A stretch of DNA of 41,891 bases from a virus. Lineage: Duplodnaviria > Heunggongvirae > Uroviricota > Caudoviricetes. A model generated the notes under the pieces. That model saw only the letters and a list, made by a program, of their open reading frames with translations, did not search any database and was not told the origin of the DNA. The DNA is taken from IMG/VR virus record IMGVR_UViG_3300042486_001111; one strand, given 5' to 3'. Below are positions 9,494 through 18,978 of the stretch, in pieces. A program made the position numbers and the translations under genes. Numbering within the stretch: the stretch's first letter is position 1; the number at the start of each line of letters is the position of its first letter.

Positions 9494-10336
9494 TTAAAAC
9501 GCTACTACTTTACCTTGTTCCCAGTCTTTGAAGTTTGGACCTAATTCATATGTAATATTATTACCACCCCCTACTTTTTGTATGATACCTGATTGATTGG
9601 CTGCACTCCAAAAAGTAGAAAGTTGTCCACCACTTTCAGTTTGTCCTATATGATTTAAAAAACCTCTTTTAGTTTTTTTAGGTGAAATTGATACATCTTT
9701 AATATAATTTATTAAATCCCTAATCCTTGATTCATCACCTTTTTGGAATGTAATCCCCTTATGTTTTGGTATTAGTGTAATACCGTTTTTATTGGCAAAA
9801 TCTTTAACTATTGGTACAATACTTTCTATTCTACCACCTATTTTATCTTTTATTATTGATAGTTGTGTTATTGCCTCAATGGGAGTTTTATTATTAAAAA
9901 GATATTCTACTACATCATATAATATTACACCTACCGCATCGTTTAAAATAACATTTTCATATTTCCACGGAAAAGTTTTTTCTAACCTAATTAACTGTTT
10001 TATTTTTTCTAATGGGTTATTATTACTATTTAAAATTTTTTTAGATTCTCTTTCACTGATTAAATCAAATATCTCTTCAATCTTACCCCCATATTTCATA
10101 GAACTATTACTATAATAATCAAAATTTTTCCTAAAAAAATCTAAAAATATGTTATAAAATGTTTCATTATTTAATAAAATTTCTTTATCTAAACCAAACG
10201 TACTAAAAAAATTATTTAACCACTCTTCAATATTTTTATTATTGGTATTATCCTTAAAATACTGAATAAATCTATCCCACCTTTGGTTATTTTCAACCAA
10301 AAGTAAATGTTGTCTATTATTAATTATTACTTTCAT
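9494..10336 (-). CDS. Hypothetical protein with leader MKVIINNRQHLLLVE; C-terminal domain possibly winged-helix-like
   Basis: 280-aa ORF abutting the upstream gene; fold guess is inference. Confidence 0.7.
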   Translation of the reverse strand: MKVIINNRQHLLLVENNQRWDRFIQYFKDNTNNKNIEEWLNNFFSTFGLDKEILLNNETFYNIFLDFFRKNFDYYSNSSMKYGGKIEEIFDLISERESKKILNSNNNPLEKIKQLIRLEKTFPWKYENVILNDAVGVILYDVVEYLFNNKTPIEAITQLSIIKDKIGGRIESIVPIVKDFANKNGITLIPKHKGITFQKGDESRIRDLINYIKDVSISPKKTKRGFLNHIGQTESGGQLSTFWSAANQSGIIQKVGGGNNITYELGPNFKDWEQGKVVAF

Positions 10337-11352
10337 TATAAATTAGAAATTACGTGTTCCGTCATGTCCTCTTCTACCCTTCTACTGTCAGGATAAAAAT
10401 TATCAATATTCGGTCCTCTCAATTCATCATCTTGTTCAATTAAAACCTCATCTAAAACTTCTAAAAAATAGTTAGCGTTATCACCAGGAAATTTACCAGT
10501 GGACTCAACATACAGTTTTAAATATTGGTAAAATATATTCGTAACATCAAACTTTAATATGTGATTGATTTTATCACCTTTTTTAATCTCATCCCAATCA
10601 CCCTCTGAACCTAAAAATGTAGTTATTGTTTCTTTTATACCATTAAACAGTTCACCTTCAGAGGCACTATTATAAGACCATCTATACATATTTTTTAATT
10701 CCCATTTTAAGTCATTAAACATTTGTTCTTCGTCTATTAAGTGAAAAAGTGTGTATTTATCTTCTAATAATTCTTCAGTTAAAATATCCCCATACTCATC
10801 ATCTAACGTATAAATCTCTTTACCGATAAAATCATTTTCTTTGATGTATTCTCTAATATGGTTAATTGCCTTATCACTTAACACTTCAGTTACATCATTT
10901 TCGAAACTAATATCAAAATCACCGAATATTTCTGACCAATCAGGATCCAATATATCCTCAACTAAAGTTTTATCGTCTACATCAAATAAATCTGCCAAAT
11001 CCTTCCATTCACTACAAAACATATATATCCTATCACCCGATTTAATTATATCCCCAAAATCTGAATAGAAAGCCTCATTATCTGTAAGGTATTTGTCAAA
11101 CCAACCAATATTTGTTAGTATTGAAAACATATCATCGTTACCCACATAATAATCCAATTCTATATCAACCTCATCAAAAGGGTTTTCACCTTTATTCATT
11201 AGATAAGTAAATACACCCTCAATTACATCACTATAACTTAATTCTAATAACCCTTTTATATAGTCAATTACCTCAATATAATCTTCAAGTTCACCGTATT
11301 TTTTTTCAATAATCTTATTTATTGCGTTTTGTACCCTTTGATTTATCATCAC
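10336..11352 (-). CDS. Acidic hypothetical protein, possible paralog of 37137..38078
   Basis: 338-aa ORF; ATATTTAT at 11365-11372. Confidence 0.7.
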   Translation of the reverse strand: MMINQRVQNAINKIIEKKYGELEDYIEVIDYIKGLLELSYSDVIEGVFTYLMNKGENPFDEVDIELDYYVGNDDMFSILTNIGWFDKYLTDNEAFYSDFGDIIKSGDRIYMFCSEWKDLADLFDVDDKTLVEDILDPDWSEIFGDFDISFENDVTEVLSDKAINHIREYIKENDFIGKEIYTLDDEYGDILTEELLEDKYTLFHLIDEEQMFNDLKWELKNMYRWSYNSASEGELFNGIKETITTFLGSEGDWDEIKKGDKINHILKFDVTNIFYQYLKLYVESTGKFPGDNANYFLEVLDEVLIEQDDELRGPNIDNFYPDSRRVEEDMTEHVISNL

Positions 11353-11387
11353 TTTATTTTATTAATAAATATTGGTAATAAATAAAA

Positions 11388-11408
11388 AATCCCACTTTTG
11401 GTGGGATT
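11388..11408 (-). terminator. Intrinsic terminator
   Basis: Minus strand AATCCCAC-CAAAA-GTGGGATT followed by TTTTATT, after the 11432 stop. Confidence 0.8.
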
Positions 11409-11431
11409 CTATTATTTTATAATCTTTTTAA

Positions 11432-12859
11432 TTAAACGTATTTGTGAAGTTCTTCTACCTTTTTAAAATCACCTTTGTCCAATGCATCATCAATTAATTT
11501 CATTATTTCATTTTTAGACATTCTACTATAATCTACTTCGTCTGTTTCTATGTTTTCCACATCATCTTCCTTAGGTTCTACACCTAAATTATCTATAATA
11601 TCTTCCATATCATCATAACCTGTGTCATTAAACATATCTTCTATAGTATCACCCTTATCTTGATTATGTAAGTCTTTAAGTGTGTCTACAACCTCTTTAC
11701 ATCTTTGACTACCACTAAGTATTTCTTTCATAAATTCGTGAAATTGTGATGCAGGTAACTTAGTTAATTCTCTAAATAACCATTGTTTGATGTCGTAGTT
11801 TTCAGAATCAATACATTCTAAGAATTTCTCCCACATACCAGGACCTAATCTCATTCCCCATATCTCACCTTCAGGTGTATCTGCCTTTTCAATAACCTCT
11901 TTTTGTTCTTCAAAATCTAAATGATCGTCAGCCCAGTTAATTGCGGATAATTCTAATGTACCTTTAATTAATTCGTGTACTAATAGTGGGAAAATCCAAG
12001 CCTTAGCGACTACAACTGGAATATCATCACCCTCTTCAATATCGATTCTTTCCATATCATTTTCTTCATCTTTGTCTTCAGGTTTTTCAGCCTTTCTCCA
12101 TTCGATTTTTTCTACACCACCGACTTGTCCACCCATAACACTGTCAGGGATAATCCAATATTGGAAATCTGCCAATGACATAAGTTTACCGTATAGTCCC
12201 ATTAATCTAGGATCCAAAGCGTCTAATTCATCTGCAACCATATGGAAAATGTAGTGACCTTTTTTGGCTGCACCTTGCATAAGTGCATTGATAACTCTCC
12301 TTTTATCAACCTCCATTTCCAACTCTTCCATACGTTGAGCACTTTTAGGTTTTTTAGGTAATTCATAACCCTCACCTTCATCTTCGTCCTCATCTTCGTC
12401 TGGTTCAATACTTAATTCTGAACCTGGAGGTGTTAACGTTGCCTCTAACATTTGATCAGGAATATCGAATTCTTCAGATACTATATCAATAGCCAATTGT
12501 TCCAATGCTTCTTTGTGTCTAGTTTCGATTTGACTAATCTCACCCATTATTTGAAACATCATTTGCATCATATTAGGTGTAATATTTCTAACACCGTGAT
12601 ATCTTTTAACTTTATTAACAATTTCTTTGAATCTTTGTCCCGCAATTTTTTCAGAATAATTTTGTGACTCAGAACCAACTGGAATTGATTTACTCTTTCC
12701 GAATAAGTGTTCCCCACTTCTAAGTCTACCCTCTAAATCTGGATTCATCCTTTCTGGATGCTCAGGATCATATTCAATAGCCTCAACTAATTTGTTAAGT
12801 CGATATTTTTCTTTAATAACTCTATTAGTTACTTCGTTAATGATATTTTTTCTTCTCAT
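11432..12859 (-). CDS. Hypothetical protein, putative head/core component (likely start MRRKNIINE)
   Basis: Long ORF; ATG at 12859 avoids overlap with the upstream gene; leader has INE, IKE and LVE sites. Confidence 0.75.
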   Translation of the reverse strand: MRRKNIINEVTNRVIKEKYRLNKLVEAIEYDPEHPERMNPDLEGRLRSGEHLFGKSKSIPVGSESQNYSEKIAGQRFKEIVNKVKRYHGVRNITPNMMQMMFQIMGEISQIETRHKEALEQLAIDIVSEEFDIPDQMLEATLTPPGSELSIEPDEDEDEDEGEGYELPKKPKSAQRMEELEMEVDKRRVINALMQGAAKKGHYIFHMVADELDALDPRLMGLYGKLMSLADFQYWIIPDSVMGGQVGGVEKIEWRKAEKPEDKDEENDMERIDIEEGDDIPVVVAKAWIFPLLVHELIKGTLELSAINWADDHLDFEEQKEVIEKADTPEGEIWGMRLGPGMWEKFLECIDSENYDIKQWLFRELTKLPASQFHEFMKEILSGSQRCKEVVDTLKDLHNQDKGDTIEDMFNDTGYDDMEDIIDNLGVEPKEDDVENIETDEVDYSRMSKNEIMKLIDDALDKGDFKKVEELHKYV

Positions 12860-12870
12860 ATTTTTTGTTT

Positions 12871-13608
12871 TTATTGTCCATATACCGTACTTACCCACAT
12901 TTTAAATGAGTCACCAGCCATCTTTTCAAATACCCTTTGTACGTTTCTTAATTCAGTATTACCGTCACCATTTTCTATTCTAGCCAATGCTGCCCTTACT
13001 AAAATGTCTCTAATCTCTTGTTTATTATCTAAAAGATAGTTAATATGATTTAATTGTTCTTCCAATGAGTCTCTATCACCATCTGAATAACCCTCATCTT
13101 CATCCTCATCATAACTGTCTAAGTTTTCAATTTCTTCCTCTAAACTTTCAGGATCCTTACCCATTCCATATAACCATCTATGTAAATCATCTTTAGTCCA
13201 ATTTAATAATGGTGATGCACCATACATATTAATTAAACCACTTTGTCTAAGGTTCTCTAAAAATTTAAATACTTTAACTTTGTCTGCGGAAGGCATTTCT
13301 CTAATTACAAAATATTGTCTACCACCACCATTATCTGGTGTTTCGTTAATCCTAACTTTAGAATTAATATATTCTACTAAATCTTTTTTCTTCATTTTAG
13401 GATTTATCGATTCGTCTTTTTTTCTATGTGATTTTTTTACTGAACCTTTGTAACCTATAGAATCAGTACAAACTGCGTATGGGTTATAATCAGTACCATT
13501 ATCTTTATTTTTTTTCTCTACGTCTTTAACACATCTATCCCACTTTTTAGTGTGAACAGTATCATCTTTTTTTTCTTCTTTAGACTTTTCAAAAATATTA
13601 ATTCTCAT
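12871..13608 (-). CDS. Hypothetical protein with KWDRCVKDV...NPYAVCT motif and acidic segment
   Basis: ORF in an operon-like run; ATG at 13608, alternative GTG at 13617. Confidence 0.7.
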   Translation of the reverse strand: MRINIFEKSKEEKKDDTVHTKKWDRCVKDVEKKNKDNGTDYNPYAVCTDSIGYKGSVKKSHRKKDESINPKMKKKDLVEYINSKVRINETPDNGGGRQYFVIREMPSADKVKVFKFLENLRQSGLINMYGASPLLNWTKDDLHRWLYGMGKDPESLEEEIENLDSYDEDEDEGYSDGDRDSLEEQLNHINYLLDNKQEIRDILVRAALARIENGDGNTELRNVQRVFEKMAGDSFKMWVSTVYGQ

Positions 13609-13629
13609 AGTACTCACTATTATAATTTT

Positions 13630-13938
13630 TTATTTTAAGTTTTTAGAATTTTTTTCACCCTTCCCTACACGTGTAGCCCTTCTTAAATACTTAGACTTAC
13701 CCATAGAGTCTTTTTCCAATTCATCCTCCTCATTTACGGTTACTGAACGTATCTTACCCTCTTTATCTTTTACACCATAAGTACCTTTATCTAATTTATC
13801 AAAAGAACTATCAAATTCATCTTGATTGTAAACTGTCATCTCTTCTGCCTCGTCAACTGAATCAATATATTTTTCCATTAGTTTTCTTCTAGTGGCTCTT
13901 TTTATTTCAGATTCATAAATTCTAATTTTGTTACCCAT
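13630..13938 (-). CDS. Small hypothetical protein with leader KIRIYESEIK...LME
   Basis: 102-aa ORF, tightly packed. Confidence 0.7.
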   Translation of the reverse strand: MGNKIRIYESEIKRATRRKLMEKYIDSVDEAEEMTVYNQDEFDSSFDKLDKGTYGVKDKEGKIRSVTVNEEDELEKDSMGKSKYLRRATRVGKGEKNSKNLK

Positions 13939-13942
13939 AATT

Positions 13943-14341
13943 TTAAGTATTTATCATTTCTTTTTCATATTTTATTACCATATCCTTTTCGTATAACTTA
14001 TCTTCTACCGAAGATAATGTCTCACCGAAAGAAAAGAATAATCTTTTTTCTGGGTAATCATCATACCCCTCCATATTTTCCCAAGCCAACGCAATTATAC
14101 CGTCAACTGCGTCCCACATTGCAAAAGATTCAGAATCTTTAACTAAATCTAATTTTAATGTGGTAGTTAAAGAACCACTTTTTTTGATGTATTTATCTTC
14201 TGGTGGTTCAGGATTTCCCAACGAAGGGTATGAGTCCCAACCATCACCATCTATATCTTCTAAAATATCAGAAAAGAGGAACTCGTAAACGTAGTTCCCC
14301 TTCCAGTTCTGTCCAATTCTATTGATATATACTAAATTCAT
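13943..14341 (-). CDS. Hypothetical protein (132 aa)
   Basis: Start overlaps the upstream stop; Trp/Asp-rich globular sequence. Confidence 0.75.
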   Translation of the reverse strand: MNLVYINRIGQNWKGNYVYEFLFSDILEDIDGDGWDSYPSLGNPEPPEDKYIKKSGSLTTTLKLDLVKDSESFAMWDAVDGIIALAWENMEGYDDYPEKRLFFSFGETLSSVEDKLYEKDMVIKYEKEMINT

Positions 14342-15972
14342 TATCTAAACATTCCTCTTCTTCTGTACGATGGTCTGATTCTTTCTTCATCACCCATAGC
14401 CTTTGGTTTCGGATCAGCCTTAGGTCTCTTTATTTTGTCCCAATCTGTACCAGTTCCTGGTTTAGTTGTAGGTGTCTTAATTCCTGGTTCTTTAACTGGT
14501 GCGTTAGATCTTAAAAAGTTGATGTCTAATTCGATGAAGTCATCGTCAAAAGAATTATCAGAATTCATTGAGAAGTCTAAATTACCATCACTGTTATTAT
14601 CTAAATCCAATCTATTTGGTATACCGTCATAATCTCTATCTAAATCACCTGTTGCGGAAAGATATCCTTGTCCTGTTTGTAATGCATCCATCACATCCAT
14701 TTCATCCTCATCGATATGTCTTTTTCTTTTCATACTTCTTACTTTTCTTAAGTCGTCCGCATTTATTGTACCGTATGGTTTAGCCAAATCAATTCTTTTT
14801 CTACCATCTTTAAATCCATCGTATTCTTCTTCGTTCATTGGACCACATTCACACATCATACCCTCAACAAGGTTTCCACCTTTATATCCACCACACTCAT
14901 TACAAATTTCTTTTCTTTCCTTTAAAACTTTTTTAATAGAATTTTTTGTACTTCTATTTAAAAAAGATTCTAAAAGTTGTTTTTTAGAAAATACTCTACC
15001 TCTACTTTCCGATAATTCTTCAGTACCTTCTTCAGGTGCTTCAGGACTTTCTTCTGGTGTTTCAGTTTCTTCCGTATCCTCTTCACTATCTAAAGTATCT
15101 AAATCTGAGTCGCTACCAAATGAATCTTCTTCATCTTCACCTTCAAATTTAGATATGATATCCTCCTTATCACTTTCATCCATTTCATCTAAGTGTAATG
15201 CTGAAATAATAGAGTTGATGACATATTTTTCTAATTTAGGATCAACCTCTTCAGAGTCTCTCAACATCTGACCGATTTTACCTGTCATTTTTTGTATTTT
15301 TTTAGTGATTTCATCATCACCTAAATCTTCAGTTCCTTCTTCACCAGTTGATTCAGTATCTTCTACATCAGTTTCAGACTCATCCTCAAATGAATCCTCT
15401 TCTGTATCTGTTTCATTAGATGTATCAGAAAAACCAAATTCGTCATCTGACACTTCATCCTCAACAGGTGCTGCGGGAGTTGCCGATGCGGGTGCGTCTA
15501 CTTTAAGTACCTTTTTTTGTTCTTTAATATCGTCATCTAAAATGATTTCTTCTTCTTTTTCTATTACAAAACCATATCCCGTACTACCTGCAACTGCATT
15601 ACCGTCAGATTCAAAAATATTTGTATTATACTCAATACCATAAGATTCGTTTAACATATCAAATTTAATATTTAAATGTTTTAACGCTTCTGCGTAAGAA
15701 TGATATTTTTCAGTACCCTTATTTTGTAAACCACCAACGTATTGGAAATCCTCAGATAAAAATTTACCGTAAGGTTTATTTGATGTTTTTATAAAGTAAT
15801 CGTGATTTTCTCTAACAATACCATAAACAATACCGTTAGGTCCCTTTTTTATTAACTCCAATTCAGAAAATGACTTACTTTCATTAAGTGTTGCCATTTT
15901 ACCCATAAGGTCTAACATTCTATTTACCTTGTCTTGACCTTTTAATGTTTTAGGATTTACTATTTTTCTCAT
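14341..15972 (-). CDS. Acidic scaffold/core-like protein with CxxC motifs and a DxDxDG repeat
   Basis: 543 aa; long D/E tracts, CNECGG and CECG, DLDRDYDGIPNRLDLDNNSDG, Pro/Lys-rich tail. Confidence 0.7.
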   Translation of the reverse strand: MRKIVNPKTLKGQDKVNRMLDLMGKMATLNESKSFSELELIKKGPNGIVYGIVRENHDYFIKTSNKPYGKFLSEDFQYVGGLQNKGTEKYHSYAEALKHLNIKFDMLNESYGIEYNTNIFESDGNAVAGSTGYGFVIEKEEEIILDDDIKEQKKVLKVDAPASATPAAPVEDEVSDDEFGFSDTSNETDTEEDSFEDESETDVEDTESTGEEGTEDLGDDEITKKIQKMTGKIGQMLRDSEEVDPKLEKYVINSIISALHLDEMDESDKEDIISKFEGEDEEDSFGSDSDLDTLDSEEDTEETETPEESPEAPEEGTEELSESRGRVFSKKQLLESFLNRSTKNSIKKVLKERKEICNECGGYKGGNLVEGMMCECGPMNEEEYDGFKDGRKRIDLAKPYGTINADDLRKVRSMKRKRHIDEDEMDVMDALQTGQGYLSATGDLDRDYDGIPNRLDLDNNSDGNLDFSMNSDNSFDDDFIELDINFLRSNAPVKEPGIKTPTTKPGTGTDWDKIKRPKADPKPKAMGDEERIRPSYRRRGMFR

Positions 15973-15991
15973 TTTTTATATTTTTTTATTT

Positions 15992-16315
15992 TTATCCGTT
16001 AGTTGGTAATCCAGTTCTAATGTCAACAAATCTATATTCTTCTGTACCACCAGTTGTTGTTGATATTAATCCTGTTTGAAATAATCCTATAGGTTTAGGA
16101 TTACCTAATAATGCGAACCCGTTATTTAATGTAGTACCGCTCTGTTGAATTAATAAGTCTATTGTTTTACCTGCAACACCTGTTATTGAAGATCCGTTTA
16201 TTGTATATGTACCGTTTGTGTTAAAATAAACTGCACTGTAAACGTAACTATCAAAATTAGTATTACCAGTGTTGTGTATTACTGTAAAAGTACCAGTTAA
16301 ATAAGTTGAAGCCAT
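15992..16315 (-). CDS. Small Thr/Gly-rich beta-type protein, probably structural
   Basis: 107 aa; ATATTTAT at 16331-16338. Confidence 0.7.
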   Translation of the reverse strand: MASTYLTGTFTVIHNTGNTNFDSYVYSAVYFNTNGTYTINGSSITGVAGKTIDLLIQQSGTTLNNGFALLGNPKPIGLFQTGLISTTTGGTEEYRFVDIRTGLPTNG

Positions 16316-16370
16316 AATTATATTTATTAAATAAATATTGCAGTTTTAATAAAAAAACAAAATTAGATTT

Positions 16371-17165
16371 TTATAAATTTTTAATTCTTATTAATGATTC
16401 GTCTAGTGTTAAAGATTTATCATATGCCTTAGTTTCTATTTCACTTAATTTATCTAAATACATAGTTCTCCTTAATACTTTGAACGCTATATTCTCAAAA
16501 GAATACTCCCCTTCTCTATCTAATCCAGTTTGTCTCATCTTTTTGATTTTTTCTTTAAGATTGGTTATCTTCCTAATTGTTTTGTCATATTCACCTGACT
16601 TATACATAAAAAATATTTCATCTATTGAATCTATAATACCGTTAACTTTTTGTTCTACCTTTTTTGCGTCAATATCTTTTTTAGTTGAGTCTGGTTTAAC
16701 TACCCATCCATCCCATAAAATAGAATATACCCCACTAGAAACGTGAGGTTCCTCTGTGTCTTGCATATATAACTCTACGTCATAACCTTTTATTGTTATG
16801 TCGTGTTTATCGTTCCATAAATTTTTCTTTGAGTTGAAGTATTCCTTTACTAATTCTTCGTTTTCATCTACCTCTTCAAAATCCACTAATATATGTAAAT
16901 CTACATCCGAAAATTTAGACCAGTTAAAATTGGCTAAACTACCTGTTAATATAATATCGTCTATGTCTACCCAATCAACACTAAGGGTTTCAAAAAAATC
17001 ATCTGCAATCATAAGAAGTCTTCTTCTTATTTCTTCATACATGTGTTGATCTTTATCGAAAATTTTTGGGTTTAAAGTACTTCTAACTTCAAAAGAGGAT
17101 AAATCTATATTTTCTTTGTTAATGATATCATTAACTTCCTGTTCTGTAATTTTTTTAATATCCAT
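16371..17165 (-). CDS. Nucleotidyltransferase, DNA polymerase beta superfamily
   Basis: ILTGSLANFNWSKFSDVDLHIL fits hG[S]-x-DhDh; DVELY strand supplies a third acidic residue; two ATATTTAT copies upstream (17179-17186, 17198-17205). Confidence 0.85.
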   Translation of the reverse strand: MDIKKITEQEVNDIINKENIDLSSFEVRSTLNPKIFDKDQHMYEEIRRRLLMIADDFFETLSVDWVDIDDIILTGSLANFNWSKFSDVDLHILVDFEEVDENEELVKEYFNSKKNLWNDKHDITIKGYDVELYMQDTEEPHVSSGVYSILWDGWVVKPDSTKKDIDAKKVEQKVNGIIDSIDEIFFMYKSGEYDKTIRKITNLKEKIKKMRQTGLDREGEYSFENIAFKVLRRTMYLDKLSEIETKAYDKSLTLDESLIRIKNL

Positions 17166-17211
17166 AAACTATTTTTAAATAAATATAATCTTTATGGATA
17201 AATATCTCTTA

Positions 17212-17238
17212 AAATAAGAAACGGGCGTAATCTTATTT
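17212..17238. other. 8-bp AU-rich hairpin with a GC-rich 11-nt loop; possible terminator or structured RNA element
   Basis: aaataaga / tcttattt flanking aacgggcgtaa. Confidence 0.4.
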
Positions 17239-17239
17239 A

Positions 17240-17650
17240 TTAGTCAGTTAATAATTCTTTATCTTTATTAAGACAAAATTTTGGGTTATTAACTAATTTA
17301 TCTATTCTAGAATCAGTGTATCTAAGACATTCATCATTGGTTCTACCAATTCTTTCGTTTAAAAATTCTATATCTCTACGAATAGCCTCTGTTTCTTCTT
17401 TTATTCTAATATAAACACCATCAGTTCTAACATTTATAGTGTCATGTATATCTTTTATTTCATCTGAATAGTGATGTTCCAGATTTTCAAATCTACGATC
17501 AATATTTTGATCTAAATTGTTAATTGTAATTAATAAATCACGATTTTCTTTAATTAAATTTTTAACCTTAAGCGTAACCCATACAGTAACTGTACCCAAA
17601 AGCACAACTAATACAGAAGCCACACCTAAAGCGAATGAAATTGTTTCCAT
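17240..17650 (-). CDS. N-terminally membrane-anchored coiled-coil protein
   Basis: Hydrophobic residues about 5-27 followed by heptad-like charged helix. Confidence 0.75.
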   Translation of the reverse strand: METISFALGVASVLVVLLGTVTVWVTLKVKNLIKENRDLLITINNLDQNIDRRFENLEHHYSDEIKDIHDTINVRTDGVYIRIKEETEAIRRDIEFLNERIGRTNDECLRYTDSRIDKLVNNPKFCLNKDKELLTD

Positions 17651-17693
17651 AATTTTTATTTTTTATTTTATTTGTTATTTTGAACGCCCGTTC

Positions 17694-17888
17694 CTATTTA
17701 TTATTTAATATTTGTACTATTTCATATTTCCACCCACTATCAGTGTTTGTATTCAATAGTTCACATATCTTCATCGCCTCACCGAAACAATTAGTTTCGA
17801 AAACCTCACCTTGTGAGTTAAGTAGTATAACGTGTTGTAGTTTACCCTTTAACAACATTATTTTTTTAATCTGATAATTTTTTTCCAT
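17694..17888 (-). CDS. Small hypothetical protein (64 aa)
   Basis: Operon-like spacing; TAG stop. Confidence 0.7.
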   Translation of the reverse strand: MEKNYQIKKIMLLKGKLQHVILLNSQGEVFETNCFGEAMKICELLNTNTDSGWKYEIVQILNNK

Positions 17889-17894
17889 AGTTTT

Positions 17895-18167
17895 TTATTT
17901 CGCATCTTTCCAAACCCAACCTAACAATAATTTAGTGAAAAATCTATGAACAAAATTAGGTTTTTTTTGTAAATAAATATAGTAATTATTCCCTATCTTA
18001 TACGAACCAATCATTTTTATTCCTTTGATAAGTAAAAAGTCATTTTTTACCCTATTATTATTCTCACCATTTTCTACTTTGCTTTTAGGTTTTCTATTTT
18101 TAGAATACTTTTTATAATTTCTAGTGTCACCACTAATAACTGTTTCCTTTAATATAACTTTTTCCAT
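17895..18167 (-). CDS. Hypothetical protein (90 aa)
   Basis: Operon-like spacing. Confidence 0.65.
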   Translation of the reverse strand: MEKVILKETVISGDTRNYKKYSKNRKPKSKVENGENNNRVKNDFLLIKGIKMIGSYKIGNNYYIYLQKKPNFVHRFFTKLLLGWVWKDAK

Positions 18168-18175
18168 TTCTTTTT

Positions 18176-18376
18176 TTATTTTTTTAATTCATTTTTATAA
18201 TCTACCCATCCTATATAAAATCCTACACCTACTACTATATTCATCCCTAAAGACATCAATATTTCATGAATATCTTGATACACTGTAGTCATAAGATGAA
18301 TATGACCCACAGTCCAAAAAGGGATTGATAAATTTTGGGATACCCAGAGTAATGTATATTTTATAAACGACATCAT
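18176..18376 (-). CDS. Small two-helix membrane protein
   Basis: ATG at 18376 forms an ATGA overlap with the GNAT stop; two hydrophobic stretches. Confidence 0.65.
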   Translation of the reverse strand: MMSFIKYTLLWVSQNLSIPFWTVGHIHLMTTVYQDIHEILMSLGMNIVVGVGFYIGWVDYKNELKK

Positions 18377-18705
18377 TCTATTTTCTTTTCTACATATGTA
18401 CACATTTCACCCGCATCGAAACCTTTTTCTAATAATAAAGGTAATGATGCTGGTTTACACCATGCGTACGCTAACCACCCACTATATTTATCTGCCACAT
18501 AATTCCATCTAGCCTCCCATAACATTCTAAAAATACCTTTACGTCTATGATCCTCATGTACCCAAGCGTCTAAGAATTTTATTTTTAACCCATCTTCTCT
18601 TTCCATATAAATGTGACCGACAATCTCACCATTAATCATTGCAATCCATGTCTCTAATTTTTGTGCATTACTCTTTAAGTGTACTATCTTTGCCTCTCCT
18701 ACCAT
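18373..18705 (-). CDS. GNAT-family N-acetyltransferase
   Basis: FLDAWVHEDHRRKGIFRML acetyl-CoA-binding motif A; C-terminal LL.KGF motif. Confidence 0.8.
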   Translation of the reverse strand: MVGEAKIVHLKSNAQKLETWIAMINGEIVGHIYMEREDGLKIKFLDAWVHEDHRRKGIFRMLWEARWNYVADKYSGWLAYAWCKPASLPLLLEKGFDAGEMCTYVEKKIE

Positions 18706-18716
18706 ACAATTTTAAT

Positions 18717-18974
18717 TTATTTATTTTTTATAATCCATTCAACAACTTCTTTTCTAGTTAAACCAACTAACTTATCTTTATATTCTTCGTGAAATTTATC
18801 ATTAAGATATAAAGGCATTTCGTGGTGTCTCCAAGTACACCCATCTATGTCTGGTTCACAAAAATATACTCTACAATAACCTTCTGTTGGCGGTGTAAGT
18901 TTTTCAAAGTCCCTGCCCGTTTTAAAAAAATGTTTAATTCTAACAATCCAGAATTTTATTATTAATCTAATCAC
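18717..18974 (-). CDS. Hypothetical protein (likely GTG start at 18974)
   Basis: In-frame GTG 4 nt past the thyA stop removes the 56-nt overlap of the track call. Confidence 0.5.
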   Translation of the reverse strand: MIRLIIKFWIVRIKHFFKTGRDFEKLTPPTEGYCRVYFCEPDIDGCTWRHHEMPLYLNDKFHEEYKDKLVGLTRKEVVEWIIKNK

Positions 18975-18978
18975 AATC

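Noticed and set aside
1259-16746. Many Ser/Leu/Phe-rich plus-strand ORFs over the head and core genes (e.g. 1259..1552, 3186..3584, 15305..15643)
   Set aside because: Reverse-complement shadows of Glu/Asp/Lys-rich codons.
17240-18376. Small membrane proteins as a holin/spanin cassette
   Set aside because: No lipoprotein lipobox partner or adjacent endolysin; they sit in the thyA operon.
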